DNA of 64,000 bases from Takakia lepidozioides (GCA_030704615.1 CM060733.1:30566001-30630000), one strand, 5' to 3'. Shown: positions 47,925 to 61,724, numbered from the stretch's first letter. Numbers and translations are program-made. The notes: generated by a model not told the origin, from the letters alone.

Positions 47925-48855
47925 TCACTTGTTTGCCTCAATGAATTCGCGGTACTCCCTTTTCATTTTGACACCAGCTATATGCCTGCAAACAAGAATG
48001 GCCCAGTTCAGCATAACTAACATCGTGCCAAGAATTACCTTTGCCAGCTGTTTCAGTCTCAGATAATAATAGAGCTTCGGCTAGTGCCCTAGCTGTGTTT
48101 ACGTGGCTACACTCTAAAACAAAACAGGGGCATTTGAACAGTTGAAGTGACTTGTGTGTTATAGAACCACTTTAAGCCTGTATGACCAAAAACCAGCATG
48201 CAGCCATCTTTGCCTAGACTATGCTGAGAAGGCCTGTATGCTCCTCTCCCATGAATAAAGCTTGACACCATGGCATTCTTCATCCTTCTTCAGATGTCCA
48301 GGCAGTATGCAAAACAGCATGAGGTCTGCACCTTATTAACAATAGGTTTGAGTGTTCGGCAAGGCCCGCAAGTAGGTGAAGTGTACAGGACCCCAAGCAA
48401 CCGAGGGCTCTCATGATACAGTTTCCTTAGCGTGTACTGTATAAAAGGAAGACAATTAGAGGACTCTTTGATGGATACAATACTACAAAACACTGATGCT
48501 TTATCGGACATTTACTTTCACTCAAACACAATGGACCCACCTCTCAGTTCATGCTCAAATCAAAGGCTTTGTTGCGTTGAAATCGATAAAAAGAAGAGAC
48601 AGGTCATCAAATCACCATCACTCGAGTGACTGGGCCCTAAACTTGCTGAAATATGTTCACTACCAAAACTAAGAGGACAACGTTCAGTCTATGATCGTTG
48701 TCCAGCACAGCGTCATAGGCGATTAAACAGTAGGGCAATGAATGAATGAACACCACCAGGCTACAGTATCACGAGAGCGACATGACCTCTTGGTTACCTG
48801 AAGATCTCCGGCAGCATATACACCCTCCACTGACGTATCAGTGCTGTTTTTCGAT
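47925..48855 (-). pseudogene. NTRC: 3' fragments of NADPH-dependent thioredoxin reductase C
   Basis: Exon pieces TSVEGVYAAGDLQ|gt (to 48798), ag|[35 protein letters not shown]|gt (48436-48332), ag|..IAGVKMKREYREFIEANK* (47985-47925). The intervening coding segments and the whole 5' part are absent. Confidence 0.85.
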
Positions 48856-49261
48856 TCTTTCCTGTTGCCACATTGGCAGTAACATGTTAAGATCACTCCA
48901 AAACCACCATAGATCCACCAATGAGCTACCATGCAGAGTTCAACATCGGAATTTAGGGACGACTCCGATAACAGGATCTCAGGGCCGAGTTTCATGAGAG
49001 GTAAAACAGGCTGAAACAGGTCGAAGACGAAGGTGCCCTCACCACATTGCGTGAAACCCCTCCGCGCTCGAGCACGCCCTTCCCCGCGCTGCTTTTCGGG
49101 CATTTCGGGCAGGTTCCAAAGAAATTGATGACGACGATGACATGGCTACGATGATGTGTCTATGATGACCTGGCGACGATGACGTGGCACTATGGCACCC
49201 TATTCCTGCTCTACGCTAAACTAGCTTCCGACCTTAGGTCGTCGCTAGAATTCCCAGTACA

Positions 49262-50472
49262 TATTTTATGGGTTTTATGGGCCGCAGCAGACCTGCTTGC
49301 CCAACAGACTGAGCCGCAGCGGACCCTCCGTCGGGTAGGGGAGCTCCCACCCTTTGTGACCCTCTCTGCTACGCATGGGCCCCACCGTAAGCACCAGTGT
49401 TGGGCGGGTATTACTTTTTCTAATACCAGCCGGGTCCGGGTATTGAAAAGAAATTAATTTGCAATACCAGCTGGTTCCATAGTATTGAAAGATTTCCTTC
49501 ATTTTAATACCCCCCGGTTCTCAATAGTAGTATGATTTTCGATTTGCGGACGGGTATCAATAGGATGGGTATTCCAATCTAATACCAGCCGGTTATCAAC
49601 CCGGGTATAAATAATAAAAACTAAAAATAAAAATAACCACTAAATCATTAATATGTATTGAGTTTAGAAGATTTCAGTTGATTTCACAATGAAATTAATT
49701 ATTATGTTGCAAAATTCAGTCTTTACATTACATAATAACAGCGTTGCAGATTTTAGTATCCAAATTGAAGCAATCTTAGTTAAAAGAAGACTGATTGCAA
49801 CCACATAAGCCACCCTACATGTGCTAAAACAAATAAAGAATAGGGGCGGGCCCGCCCTATATGTGGTAAGAAATCAAGCATAGTGGCGGCCCTTGGGGTT
49901 GGACATGCTCTCCCTGACATGTGCACCCTCTTACCCTGACCCCTGACATATTGTGCACCTAGCCAATTTCCTATTCATACCATGGTATAGTCCTTGTTTT
50001 CGCCCATAATACGGGTATGCACCCGGGTATTGCCTTGGCAATACCAGCCGGTCCGGTTATCAACCATAGTATTGGAATTGCCAATACCAGCCGGGTTGGT
50101 TATTCAATACCCTAGTTGATACCCGGCCAGACCCTACATACCAGTCCAACACTGGTAAGCACACGCGTGCGCATTGAAGACGCTATTATCTTTCAATGAG
50201 AAGTGGCGACAGCGGTCCTTGAGGAGGGGGAAAAATTAACCCCACTGCAAGCACACGCGTGCGCATCGAAGACGCTATTATCTTTCCATGAGAAGTGAGC
50301 CCACAATTCAAGTCCTTGAGGAGGGGGAAAAATTAACCCCCTTTATTTATGGGCCATGAATAGGACGATCAACGTCACGAGCAATCCCACACACAGGGCA
50401 GGGCAGCGGGTTTGAACCCCAGACCACCAGGGCGACACACTGTGCACTTACCAGCTGAGCTACCAGCCAATG
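49262..50472 (-). mobile_element. tRNA-derived SINE-like element, interrupted by a MITE
   Basis: Minus-strand A box TAGCTCAGCTGG (50462-50451) and B box GGTTCAAACCC (50418-50408); ~92-99-bp internal tandem unit; ends near ggcccataaaacccataaaat. Boundaries approximate. Confidence 0.65.
49395..50154. mobile_element. Non-autonomous hAT-type DNA transposon (760 bp)
   Basis: TIRs CAGTGTTGG...CCAACACTG; perfect 8-bp TSD GTAAGCAC (49387-49394 and 50155-50162); many subterminal AATACCAGCCGG / CCGGGTAT repeats. Confidence 0.93.
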
Positions 50473-51159
50473 TGCGATGGTATTCTATTCTCTCTTTCTT
50501 AGGTTGTGCTCATGCGTGGTTATTTAAAATTTTACTAGGGCTTCGCGTTGCTCCGCACTACTAGCTACGAATTCTGAGAACTGCGTTCAATTTTTCATAA
50601 AAAAAAGGGTTGGTCATCCCCACGGTGTTACATGCAGAGATCTCATGTTTTGTTTTTTCTGGAATAAAAATGGCAGATCTGCATTTCAATGTTCAATTTT
50701 CACAAGCTGCACTAATCAATAACAACATACCCAAATACCCCTACATTCATTATATGAACTTTCAAGCAGCCACCATGGGATTGGATCTTGGTGGGTTAAG
50801 GCTAGCTTTTGACAATATTCATGTAAGTTCATCAAGGGCTCCATCCAAAGCCACACCACAAGAAACAAACAAACATGTCCAAATTTAAGATGTTGAACAA
50901 ACTTATGCACAGTGCTGCCTCTTTCATCAAGCTCATTAAAATTCGTATTCACTTCCATCTTCAAGCTTTGGAGAAGCTCCACCACCCAAACCCAGAATTA
51001 GGACAACACTCTGATTTCCATCCACTGTCACCAGAATCAGTAAAAAATCACCCCTTTAGTCAAGTGCAATTGTGGGCTGACTTCCTACCTATGCCGGGTA
51101 GACCCCACTATCAGGAAATGGTGGATGGTCTGAGTAGCTACACAGATCAATGAATGAAG

Positions 51160-54100
51160 CATTGCTCGGCCAACAATCTTTGAGATGAATTTGGTGGAGG
51201 TGTGGCAGTCTCCACACACTCGAAGATTCTTGATGAGTCGTGCTGATCAGCCCAAAACCAATGGCCAGCTTTTCACTGTGGTGACAAAGAGAAAATTCAT
51301 TTCCTCCACATCATGCAATAAAAAGCGTGTGTCAGGCACATACCCCGCCTCCTTCATCTGCCCAGACAATCTTCTCAGCTCAGCATGGATTTCCTTAATT
51401 CTGGGATGCAACTTATCATCTCGTTCCTTTCTAACCCCTCTGACCTTCATCATTCTTCTCACCTTTGCAGTATCATCCCACCTGCCAGCTGCAGCATAAA
51501 TGTTTGATATAGCAGCACATAAGTCGCGGCATCCTGTTCATCCCACTTGATGATAGATGTTGCCACACATTCAGCCATCTCCACATTGCCATGGATTCTG
51601 CAGGCACCAAGCAAGGCTTTCCACACCACAACATCTGGATTGATTGACATTTTATTAATCAGGTCCACTGCCTTATCCAGTTGTCCCGCACGTCCAAGAA
51701 GGTCCACCATGCAGCCAAAGTGTTTTACTGTCAGATTGATACCATGATCTTGACTCAGGGAATCGAAGTAGTGTCTTCATTCATTCAGTAGGTAAGTGTG
51801 GCTGTATGCAGAGAGAACACATATAAAGGTGATATTGTTCGGCTTCAAGCCTTTCTTTTGCATTCCTTCAAATAGTTGCAGGACCTCCCTATGACAACCA
51901 TGTTGGGCATATCCTACGATCATCGCATTCCACGACACCATATTTCATTCAGCCATATTGTCAAATACTCCCTTTGCATCCTCAATGCACTCACATTTCG
52001 CATACAAGTGAACCAGGGCAGTGTCCAGAATGACATTTGGTACAATTCCAGCTTTGATGATGTCACCGTGCACCTCTTTGCCTTTTTCCAGGGCTGCCAG
52101 GCTTGCACACGCATTGCAAACGTACACAAACATGATGTGGTTGGGCTTCACCCCTTCCCCCAGGCCTCCATCCCGCACCCCTGCTATGCATATCCTACAA
52201 GCATGGCGTTCCATGACACCAAATCTCATTCAACCATATTGTTGAACACTCCCTCCACATCCTCAATGCCCCCACATTTGGCATACATGTCTACAAGGGT
52301 ATTGTTCAGAATCACATTTGGTACAATTCTAGCTTTGGCAATGCAACCATGCACCTCTTTGCCCTTTTCAAGGGCTGTCAGGCTTGCACATGCATTGCAA
52401 ACGCACACAAACGTGATGTGGTTGGGCTTCACCCCTTCGCAAATCATTTGCTCATAGGTCTCCAAGGCCTCCATCATGCGCCCCTGTTGTGCATACCCTA
52501 CAAGCATGGCGTTCCACGACACCGAAACTCGTTCAGCCATATTGTGGAAAACTCCCTCCACATCCCTCAACGCTCCCACGTTTGGCATACATGTCCACCA
52601 GGGTAGTGTTCAGGATGACATCTGGTACAATTCCAGCTTTGACGATGCAACCATGGACCTCTTTGCCCTATTCCAAGGCTGCCAGGCTTGCACACGCACT
52701 GCAAACACACACAAACGTGATGTGGTCGGGCTTCACCCATTCGCACATCATTTGCTCATAGGTCTCCAAAGCCTCCATCCCGCGCCCCTACTATATATAC
52801 CCAGCAAGCATCGCGTTGGGCAGTGTTCAGAATGACATATGGTACAATTCCAGATTTGACGATGTTACCATGGGCCTCTTTCCACTTTTCCAGGGTTGCC
52901 AGGCTTGCACACACACTGCAAATGCAAACAAACGTGCCTTTAGTTAACCATCTACCCATGCAGGTTGCTTGTAGCTACCGATCCACAGGGAATCATAGGT
53001 AATCTGGAGCTTGAAGTCCGGTTCCCTTGGATGAATCTGGACCTACACTCTATCCCTGCTCCTTCAACTATCCATGCCTCTGCACAAATCATGTATACAT
53101 CCTTGCCTTCATGCTAGCAGCTGACAATGACAGCCTGTGACAGGCTCAACAAACTCTAGAATAGAGCTCCAAAGCCTCCATCCCGCGCCCCTGCCTTATA
53201 CAGTTCATTATATAACTCCGTAATACACAGTTCACTATATAACTCCGTAATATAGATGCACAGCGGGCTAGGGTGGAGTAGATAGAGAAAAGATAATGAC
53301 CATGGACCTCTTTTTACTTTTCCAGGGCTGCCAGGCTTGCATACGCATTGCAAACGCAAACAAACGTGATGTGGTTGGGCTTCACCCCCTTCGCACATCA
53401 TTTGCTCATAGGTCTCCAAAGCCTCCATCCCGCACCCTTGCTGTGCATATCCTGCAATCATTGCACTCCACGACACCACATCTCGTTCAGCCATACTGTC
53501 GAACACTCCCTTCATACATGTCCCGTATCATTAGCTCATAGGTCTCCATAGCCTCCCTACCACACCCATTCTGGGCATATCCTGCGATCATTGCACTCCA
53601 TGAGACCAAAATTTGTCTAGCCATATTGCCAAACACCCGAGTTGCATCTTCAAGGCTGCCACATTTGGCATACCATCGACTAGGGTATTCTCCAAAATGA
53701 TATCTGGCTTACCAAGGCAGTACCTAGAATGTTATCTGACACAATTCTGGCTTGATAATGCTAGCATGGATCTCTTTGCCCTTCTCAAGGGCTGCCACAC
53801 TGGCACAGACCTTGAGAACCCACCTCCATGTAGCCTATAATCATGGAGTTCCATAACACAACATCTCGTTCCGCCATTTTGTAGAGCACTTGACGCGCAT
53901 TCTCCATGCCCCCGCATTTGACAAACATGTCAGTGAGGGCAATCTCCAGAATGATATCTGCTGCACTTTAACCTCTGATGATATCAACATGATCTCTTTG
54001 CCCTTCTCTAGGTCTCCTAGACTGGCACATGCATTGAGCACAGAAGTGAAAGTGACCCTGTTGGGCATCACCCCCTACCTATGCATTAGCTCATAGATCT

Positions 54101-54470
54101 CGAAAGCCTCCCTAACACACCCATGTTGAGCATATTCTGCAATCATGGCATTCCATGAAACCACATATCGCCAACCCACCCCTTCGAGTAGCATTTGCTC
54201 ATAGGTCTCCAAAGCATTCCTACCACACCCATGCTTGGTGAATCCTGCCAACATTATATTCCACGTGATCAAAGATCGTTGAGGCATTTGTTGAACACTT
54301 GGTGAGCATCCATGATGCTCCTGCACTTAACATACATGTTGACAAGGGTGTCGAGTAGAAAAACTTTTGGCGCGAATCCACTTTGGATAATGTGAGTGTG
54401 CATCTGCTTTCCAGCTTCCAGACCTCCATCTTGATGCACTTAAGCAAGAGACAGACATTTGTATCTGAAT
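51160..54470 (-). pseudogene. PLS-class PPR protein with E and DYW domains (RNA-editing factor), degenerate
   Basis: Repeated VVSWNAMIAGYAQ.G / GVKPNHITFVCVCNACASLAALEKGKEVH / LV.MYAKCG.IEDA motifs; E domain MVDLLGRAG...WKALLGACRIHGN; GYVPDT, HSEKLA, IKNLRVCGDCH. Many frameshifts, PG-box deleted, no terminal DYW, foreign insert at ~52940-53300. Confidence 0.92.
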
Positions 54471-56199
54471 CTTCTGAAATGCCTCATTGGTTTAAAGTCT
54501 GTAGAGGCTCTGTCAGACTGCTTGCCGCACAAAGCATCTTCACATGCCCAGAAGTGCCATTCTCTAGCTCAACAGGGAAACAAACCCTACAAAAATGCCA
54601 CGGGCTTCCATTAACCGACCCTTCACTTTCAGATTAATGTGGACCTCCCCCCCATCCAAAGGCTTCTTCTCCTCCTCTTTGTGAAATTTTCTCCTGCATT
54701 GTAATAGAGGGAATGGGCGTGTTGGCGATTCGGCCCGTAAGCGGCATTTGGGGAGCCCTATGGCCCGCGCACAGGGAGGTCGGCCCAACACGCTCGTTCA
54801 ATGGCGTTAAAAGAGGTGTGGCGGATTCTCGCCGCACGTGGTACAATAGATTGAGGTTCGATTATTCTATCAATTGCCCAGATTCAGAGCCCGGAGGAGG
54901 ATACGTTATAAACGGGTCGAAAGCCTCAGGGGAAGGGGGTGGGTTGATGGCTGATGACATGGCCTCGGTGGTAGGTCCCGTAGTCCTCTGTGCGTATCGG
55001 ATCCCTGCGATTCTGCCCTGGGTGGCAGATTCGGCCTGAGAATTAGGCCGAAAAAGTGGCAGAAGCCGCCACACTTGTTTTTAACGTTGGTGCTATCCTC
55101 CACACCAGCCATGATTATAACAACCACACCTAGCCACAAAAGGCAGACGCGCACAGAGCGGATTCGTCAGCCTCATTGTCAAGTTATTATACCACTAGTC
55201 TGAAACTAGCTAGGAAATAGCTAGCTTTTACATATTGACATTTGGGATTGGCCCAAGTGTCAATCCAGGGGTCAAGGCAGATTTAGGCCCTGGAGTGGTT
55301 ATCTTCACGGCAAGCGCGGAGGCTCATCTTTCTCGAGTTGAGCCTCACCGCGCCTAGCTATGGCGCCGTAGTGTGGATTCCTATGGCATGGGGTGCACTT
55401 GGCTTGACTTGTATTTGTGTGATGAGGTTATATATGCATGAGTTTATGCTTCAGCTTTGTGAGCTCGCATGAGCTTGTGCTTGTATTCTTCTTCTTTATC
55501 ACTCGAGAAAGATAAGCTCGTATTTGTGAGTGCCAGATACGAGTTAGTTGTAGCACTTGTGGTTTTTGCTTGAGAATGAGAGAAACCAAGTTGTTATGCA
55601 AGGAGCACCGTGGAGCTCTTGGTTGTTAGAAGCGGAGGCGATGGGGTTACGAGGTGGTGTAGACCTTGGCATTCGATCTTCAGCTTCAGAGATGAAAGCA
55701 CCATGCTGAAGGTAATTCCAGAGCACCTTGATGGTTTCAGATTGTGTACATGCATGAGCAAGCACGATTGGGAAGAGGACCAGTCAAGAGCAGGTTATAG
55801 TGGCTTTGGTGGCAAAGCTGAGAATTGGACTTGGGAATGCGAGCTTTCATTGTGTGAAGGATTGCAAGACCAAGCGAAAGGGCTGATTTGGCTTGGGGCA
55901 AATCAGTGCACTTTGTGAGTATGGTGAGATTGGGTTTCAATCTCGAGCTTCAGCATTGAGAGGGCTCTTGTCATGGCAAGAGCAGGGCTGGAACAAGAGC
56001 TAAGAGGTGCGGCAAGGCCATGGATTGTGCACCTAGGGTTTAGAGCTTGGAAGAAAAGCTCTTGCCCCCACAAGAGAAGTGTCTTGTGGCTGGAAATGTA
56101 AGCCTTAGGGTTTCAGGAGATTGGCAAAGGTTGTGGAGTGCTTAGTCTTGTCTTTCTTAGAGAGCATCAAGAAGCCAAGGAGCCAAGATAGGGGGCTGA

Positions 56200-56560
56200 T
56201 ATCTCTTGTGTGAAGAGGTTGCATGTATGGAGCATGTATTCAGCTCATTGAAGCTTCCATCTTCAAGCTTGGAGGGCAAGCAAGGAAGAGGGAAGGGCTG
56301 ACTTCCCTTATGTGAGGGCAATGCATGTGTGGAGCATGCTATCAGCCTGGTGAAGGCTTGCACTTTCAGGTGTGGGAGTGCAAGAAAGGAAGGAAGGGGC
56401 TGGTTTCCCTGTAGGGCATGTGGAGCATGCTTTCAGCCTGCTGAAGCTCGTATTTTCAGGTTTGTGGGTGCAAGAATGAAGCAAAGGAGCTGATTCTCTT
56501 ATGGTGAGAGTGGGGCATGTGTGGAGCATGCCTTCAGCCCATTGAGGCTTGTTTTCAAGC
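56200..56560 (+). repeat. Four diverged ~100-bp direct repeats with core GCATG..TGGAGCATG..TCAGC
   Basis: Cores at ~56221, 56322, 56415, 56514 in the presumed LTR. Confidence 0.75.
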
Positions 56561-57034
56561 TTTAGAGAGCTAGAACTGAAGGTCTAGGGCTGGTTTCCAC
56601 TTGGAGTGAAAGAAAAGCACTTGTAGGGCCTATGTGAGTTGGGGTTTCAACTTCAAGCTTGAAGGGAGCGCAACTCTTGAAGTAGCAGGTGTAGGGGGCT
56701 GGAATAGGCTCTAAGACAGATTCTATGGCCAAGGAAAGTGCTTGAATGAGTGCTCACAAGGGCTGGGAACAGCAGGGCTTGGTTGTTTGCCATTGAGTTT
56801 AGTGGCGTGTTGGGGAGGCTAAGTGAGAAAGAAGGCTTGGTTTGTGGCAACCACCTCATGGCTTAGGGCTACTATGGTGGTGTGTGGGAGCCGAAAGAGC
56901 AAGAATACCTTGCTGATTTCCTCACAGCCGCCATAGCTCGGTGGAAAGAAGCCTAGAGTCCAAGAGACACAAACCTAGCTTGGCGCGGCTAAACCCCTTG
57001 GAGAAATGGCTAAACTGCTAGAGCGGCCATGGAT

Positions 57035-58195
57035 GGGGCTGTGAGGGGCTGTTCCCTGTGGCTGGGGGTGTGACGGGCGTGAGGGCTGTGCCGGTGGCCT
57101 TCGGGTTGTGACGGGCTGCGCCTGTGGCTTGGGGGTTGTGATGGGCTGTGAGGGGCTGTGACAGGCGTGCTGAGGCCTGGGGCTGTGACGGGCTGTGAGG
57201 GGCTGTGTCAGGCCGTGCCTGAGGCCTTGGGGCTGTGAGGGCTGTGACAGGCTGTGCCAGTGGCCTGTGGGGTTGTGACGGGCTGTGCGGGGCTGTTGGG
57301 GGGCTGTGGTGAAGGGTGTGACAGCTTTGCCAATGGCCTTTGGGGCTATGAGGGGCTGTGAGGGCTGTGCCCGGGCCTTTGGCTGTGATGGGCTGTGAGG
57401 GGCTGTGACCAAGCGTGATGAGGCTTTGGGTGTGAGGGGCTGTGGGGCTGTGATAGGCCGTGCCTGAGGCCTTTGGGGCTGTGACGGGCTGTCTGTGAGG
57501 GGCTGTGTAGGCCGTGCCTGAGGCCTTTGGGGCTGTGAGGGCTGTGAGGGGTGCGTGGTGGCCTTGGGGCCTGTGTGTGACGGGATGTGAGGGGCTACCA
57601 GGGCTGCCACCGGTGGCCTTCGGGCTGTGAGGGCTGTGCAGGGCCTGTGAGGGCCTGTGACGGTGGCATGGGGTTGTGATGGGCTGTGAGGGCCTGTGAC
57701 GGGCTGCGCGGTGGCCTTGGGGCTGTGATGGGCTGTGAGGGGCTGTTGCGGTGCCTTTTGGGCTATGACAGGCTGTGCCGTGGGCCTTTAGGCGTGCTGT
57801 GATGGGCTATGAGGGGCTGTGACAGGCCTGTGACTGAGGCCTTTGGGGCTGGGACGGGCTGTGTGCTACTGCCGGTGGGCTGTGACGGGCGTGCGGGGCT
57901 TGGGCAGTGGGCTGTGACTGTGGTTGGTGGTGGGGCTGTGGACTGTGGTTTGTGCTGGTGGGGGCTGTGTGGTGATGTGTGTTGTGGCGGGTGCTGTGCC
58001 CTGTGGCCTGTGGGGCTGTGACGGGCTGTGTGTGACAGCTGTGGCGAGCTGTGTGGCTATGAGGGGCTATGACGGCTGTGTGGCGGGCTGTGACAGCTGT
58101 GCCAGTGGTTGTGGGACTGTGACGGCTGTGACCAGTGAGCTGTGTGGGCCTGTGGTCTGTGGTGGCCTGTGTGACTGTGGACGGCCTGTGCTGAC
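57035..58195 (+). repeat. ~1.15-kb degenerate GGGCTGTGA array
   Basis: Dozens of gggctgtga / gtgacgggctgtg units; reverse complement of the CACAGCCC / CCCGTCACAG motif in the other element's LTR. Confidence 0.92.
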
Positions 58196-61100
58196 TCGTG
58201 GAGGCACTGGTGGACTGCCTAAGGACTCAGCATGTGGTTTGAAGGCCGAATTTTGAAGCTCGTGGAAGGCGGTTTGAGGAGTATCTTCATGATATTCCCA
58301 TGGTCATGCAAGTGAGGGAAGAGAGGAGAGGAAGAGTGTTGGGATGAGGGCATGCTGGGGTTAGGCATTGCTTTAGCTTCTGTCCTGTAGTTTCCACCCT
58401 CTCATTAGGCCAAGACCTTTCCATAGGTGGAGGCAAGAGTCAGTCGGGTTTGGCTGGGGTGTCCTTGCAGGAGCAACACGTGGTGGATTGTTTTTGGTGT
58501 GGGGGAGTTGTCGGTCTGATTTCTTGTGTTTGGATCCCCTCCATACCTGCATGCTTGACTGTTGCCATGCTAGTTTTGTGGGGCGCTTGTTTTTATAGGT
58601 GATTGGTCCGGATTTGATCACCGGCCAGTCCTAGAGCATGCTGTCGATGGTGAGGCTGGGGTGATGACCAGCCAGCCATCATTGTTTCTCCTGTGGTGAG
58701 GTTGGAGGTGATGACCAGCCAACCATAGGAGTGCTTGCGGTGGATGCAGGTACAGGTGTAGGCTATGTTAGGAACTTAGTATTCAAACCATAAGCCGCAA
58801 CAGGTTCTCTACCCGGTTACCGTGGAGAGGGGTTAGGGACATGTTCATGACCGGTTGAGTGTCAACACGGAGGTGCCACTAGTTGCTGGGGACAGTGCCG
58901 GTTCGAGCACTAGCGATACTAGTGGGTACACGAGACGAGGTGTGCGGTTTAGGCCACCTTCACCTCCTGTGTCTTCTACGGAAGGTTCTGATTCGGATTG
59001 TGAATCAGGAGGACTCATACCGGCGGTGCAAGTTGTTTCTTTGCCATTGTTGTGGGACACAATGGAGGAGATGTATGGAGCTACCAAGGGGCCACGAAGG
59101 TACTCTGGGGCGGTGGGCACCATCGAGTTGGATGATTTATCCAAGAGTTTGATAGTTGGTGTGATTTGCAGCAAATGCGCAATCCACAACTATTTACGCC
59201 TTTCATGGCATGAAAGGGCTGTTTCAGCACCTTGAGGGCCGCCTATGGATGATTACCATGAGTTCAGGCGGGGGCATGAGGTTGAGATCGAGGAGTGGAG
59301 GATGTACTGGTCACCCGACTATGTCTCCATCACTAGGGGCACTAGAGCCACGAGGGCAGTGGCTACACCTGCCGCTGCACGGCAGCTTCAGCAAGTAGCA
59401 GTGGGACTAGTGGGACTGGTGGTACAGTAGCTACGACGTCCACCCAAGCCACTACCGCACCAGCACTAGCACCCGTGCCTGCCTTCAACCCTGTTGTGGA
59501 GTTCTTCGAAGAGTTGAGAGGAAACTACCAAGGGGTGAGGACAGAGAAGTTGCGGAGCTTGCAAGAGTTCCAACGGAAGCCGACCGAGAGCTTGAGGGAG
59601 GTTTTCACTCGCATGAGGCGCTTGATAAATGTAACCCAAGGGGTTACGGAAGCTCAGGCAGTCCAATTCTGGTATGGGATATTGGACAAGGAGCTGAGGA
59701 GAAGGGTGCGGGATGCAACTCTCCTACAAGCGCCCAACCCACCTTAGCAAATGTGTTTTTGCTGGCAGAGCGGATAGAGCTCAACATGGTGGAGGAACGA
59801 GTGGTCATGGTGGGATTTGCTAAGGAGACACCACGGGGTAGTGGTGCTCCTAGCCAACCACTACCTCAACGTGCTCAAGGCAACAAGGGGGCTCAGGTGA
59901 AGCTCAGGGAAGGGCAGAGAGGACCTCAGATGCAGGGGTCTCTCCTTCATTTGCTGGCCAACAACGGGCGGATGTGGTGTGCTGGACATGTGGAGGACCC
60001 ATGTCAAGAAGGATTGCCCAGAGGGAGGCAAAGGGCCGGCACATGCACAGCCTGCACAGTTGCAGTGTGGGCATTGTGGCAAGCACGGGCATGGAGAGGC
60101 CCAGTGTTATGGTTTGCATCCTGAGTTGTTGCGCCCAGGCCAGTTCCAAGGGAACAATGGTGGCCGGGGGCGAGGTGGAGCAGCCCAGAGAGGACGAGGT
60201 GGCCAGCCACGAGGTGCAGGCCAAGGGCAAGCTCAACATGGCCAAGGACGCGGAGGTCAGGGTGTTGACCAAGGCATGGCCACCGGCTTCAGGTACCGGC
60301 ATCTAAGGCAAGGATGGTCACCTCAGCCTCTGAGGAGGAGAAGGAGATATGGAGGAATGGGATTCATTGTGGAGCAGCACTACCACTGTGCCGGGGAGTC
60401 TGCTGCAGCCGGACTCCGGAGCAGCACAAGTTTCTGAGCCACGAGGTACAGAGGTGGAGTTGGATCCACAGCGAGGTGAGGCAAGCCGTTCAGGCTAGGC
60501 TTCCTCCGTCATGCACATTGGCGGAGACAATTGTCGGGGGGGGGGGGGGGGAACCGCCATCCATGGCACATTAGTTGCTCGCCGACTGTTACCGAGGCGG
60601 AGTTACTATGCCATTGGGGAGAGCTACACGGGTAGCACCACTACCTAGTGTTGCCAAGGCTACGGCAGCAGTGTGATGCTAGGAGCGGCACATCTGTGTG
60701 TCAGGCTCCATGTTCTCGGCTACCTGATTGCGACACCGAGGGTAAGACCAGCTGAGGTGTTCAGATGGCAGCTACACTCTGTGAGAGTGGGGAGGTTACT
60801 TCATCTTCTACGGAGATAGTGGGAGGTGTAGTGCCGGAGGGATCCTCGGATTGAGGGTCAAGACTGCCACTGGCGGCGCCATGACAAGCTGCAGCTGCCA
60901 AGTTGATGGAGCTGTCAGCTAGGCCAGCATGAGCGCGCCATGGTGACACCTGGAGTTGTCATGTTAGACAACCAGGGTTGGAATTTTTCTGTTTGAGTGG
61001 ACCGGCAGGCAGAGGTACCGGCCACTGCGGGTCTTGTTGGACTCGGTCAGCCATGATGCTGGGCAGAGCTGCTATTGCAGGCTTGGGCCTCACGGAGGCG

Positions 61101-61724
61101 GATATGGAGCCTTGTCCTTTCCAGATACGACGTCTCTGGGAGGATCGGAGCAGGCTCGGGCATGACACGGCGTGAGTTGGCTATCAGACTACGGCCGGAT
61201 CACCTACAGATGGCTCAGTGATGCGAGCCAAGGCCATTGTGACAGACGCGGTCTCATACGATGTCCTGTTGGTGGGGGCAGTGTTGTACCCATGGGCTTC
61301 ACCCTGGATTTTGGGAGGAGTCAGCTTCCTATAGGCCTGCATGGCAGTCAGGGGAGGGCCGGCGTGTGCAGCTCCCTGTGACGTTCATAGGAGGAGTTGC
61401 GGTTGCCCAGCGAGGCAAGATGCCGACACTAGCAGCATTCACAGCGGCAGTGAGTGGCCTAGAGAGTTGCTTGAGGGCAACGCTCATTCAGAGGATGTGC
61501 CATCCGGGAGAGCAGGAGAATGACATGTATGTATGGGAGTTGCCTACCATGGTTGCTCAGACTCCATTGTGGGGCACGAGCAAGGATTTGCAGCGGGATG
61601 CTGATCGACGGGTGCAACAAGCCTGGGTGGAGGCTTTTGTACCGTCAGGAGAGGAGGAGAGTGGGGGATTGCACCAGGACCACCTCAGTTGTCTCCATTG
61701 GACACCACACCTATTGTGTGGCAG

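Noticed and set aside
50400-50470. Functional tRNA gene
   Set aside because: A and B boxes are present, but there is no convincing acceptor or anticodon stem; it continues into a repeat body, so it is called a SINE head.
60536-60551. Long G homopolymer as a regulatory or frameshift signal
   Set aside because: It lies in a heavily indel-damaged part of the element; homopolymer length is unreliable.
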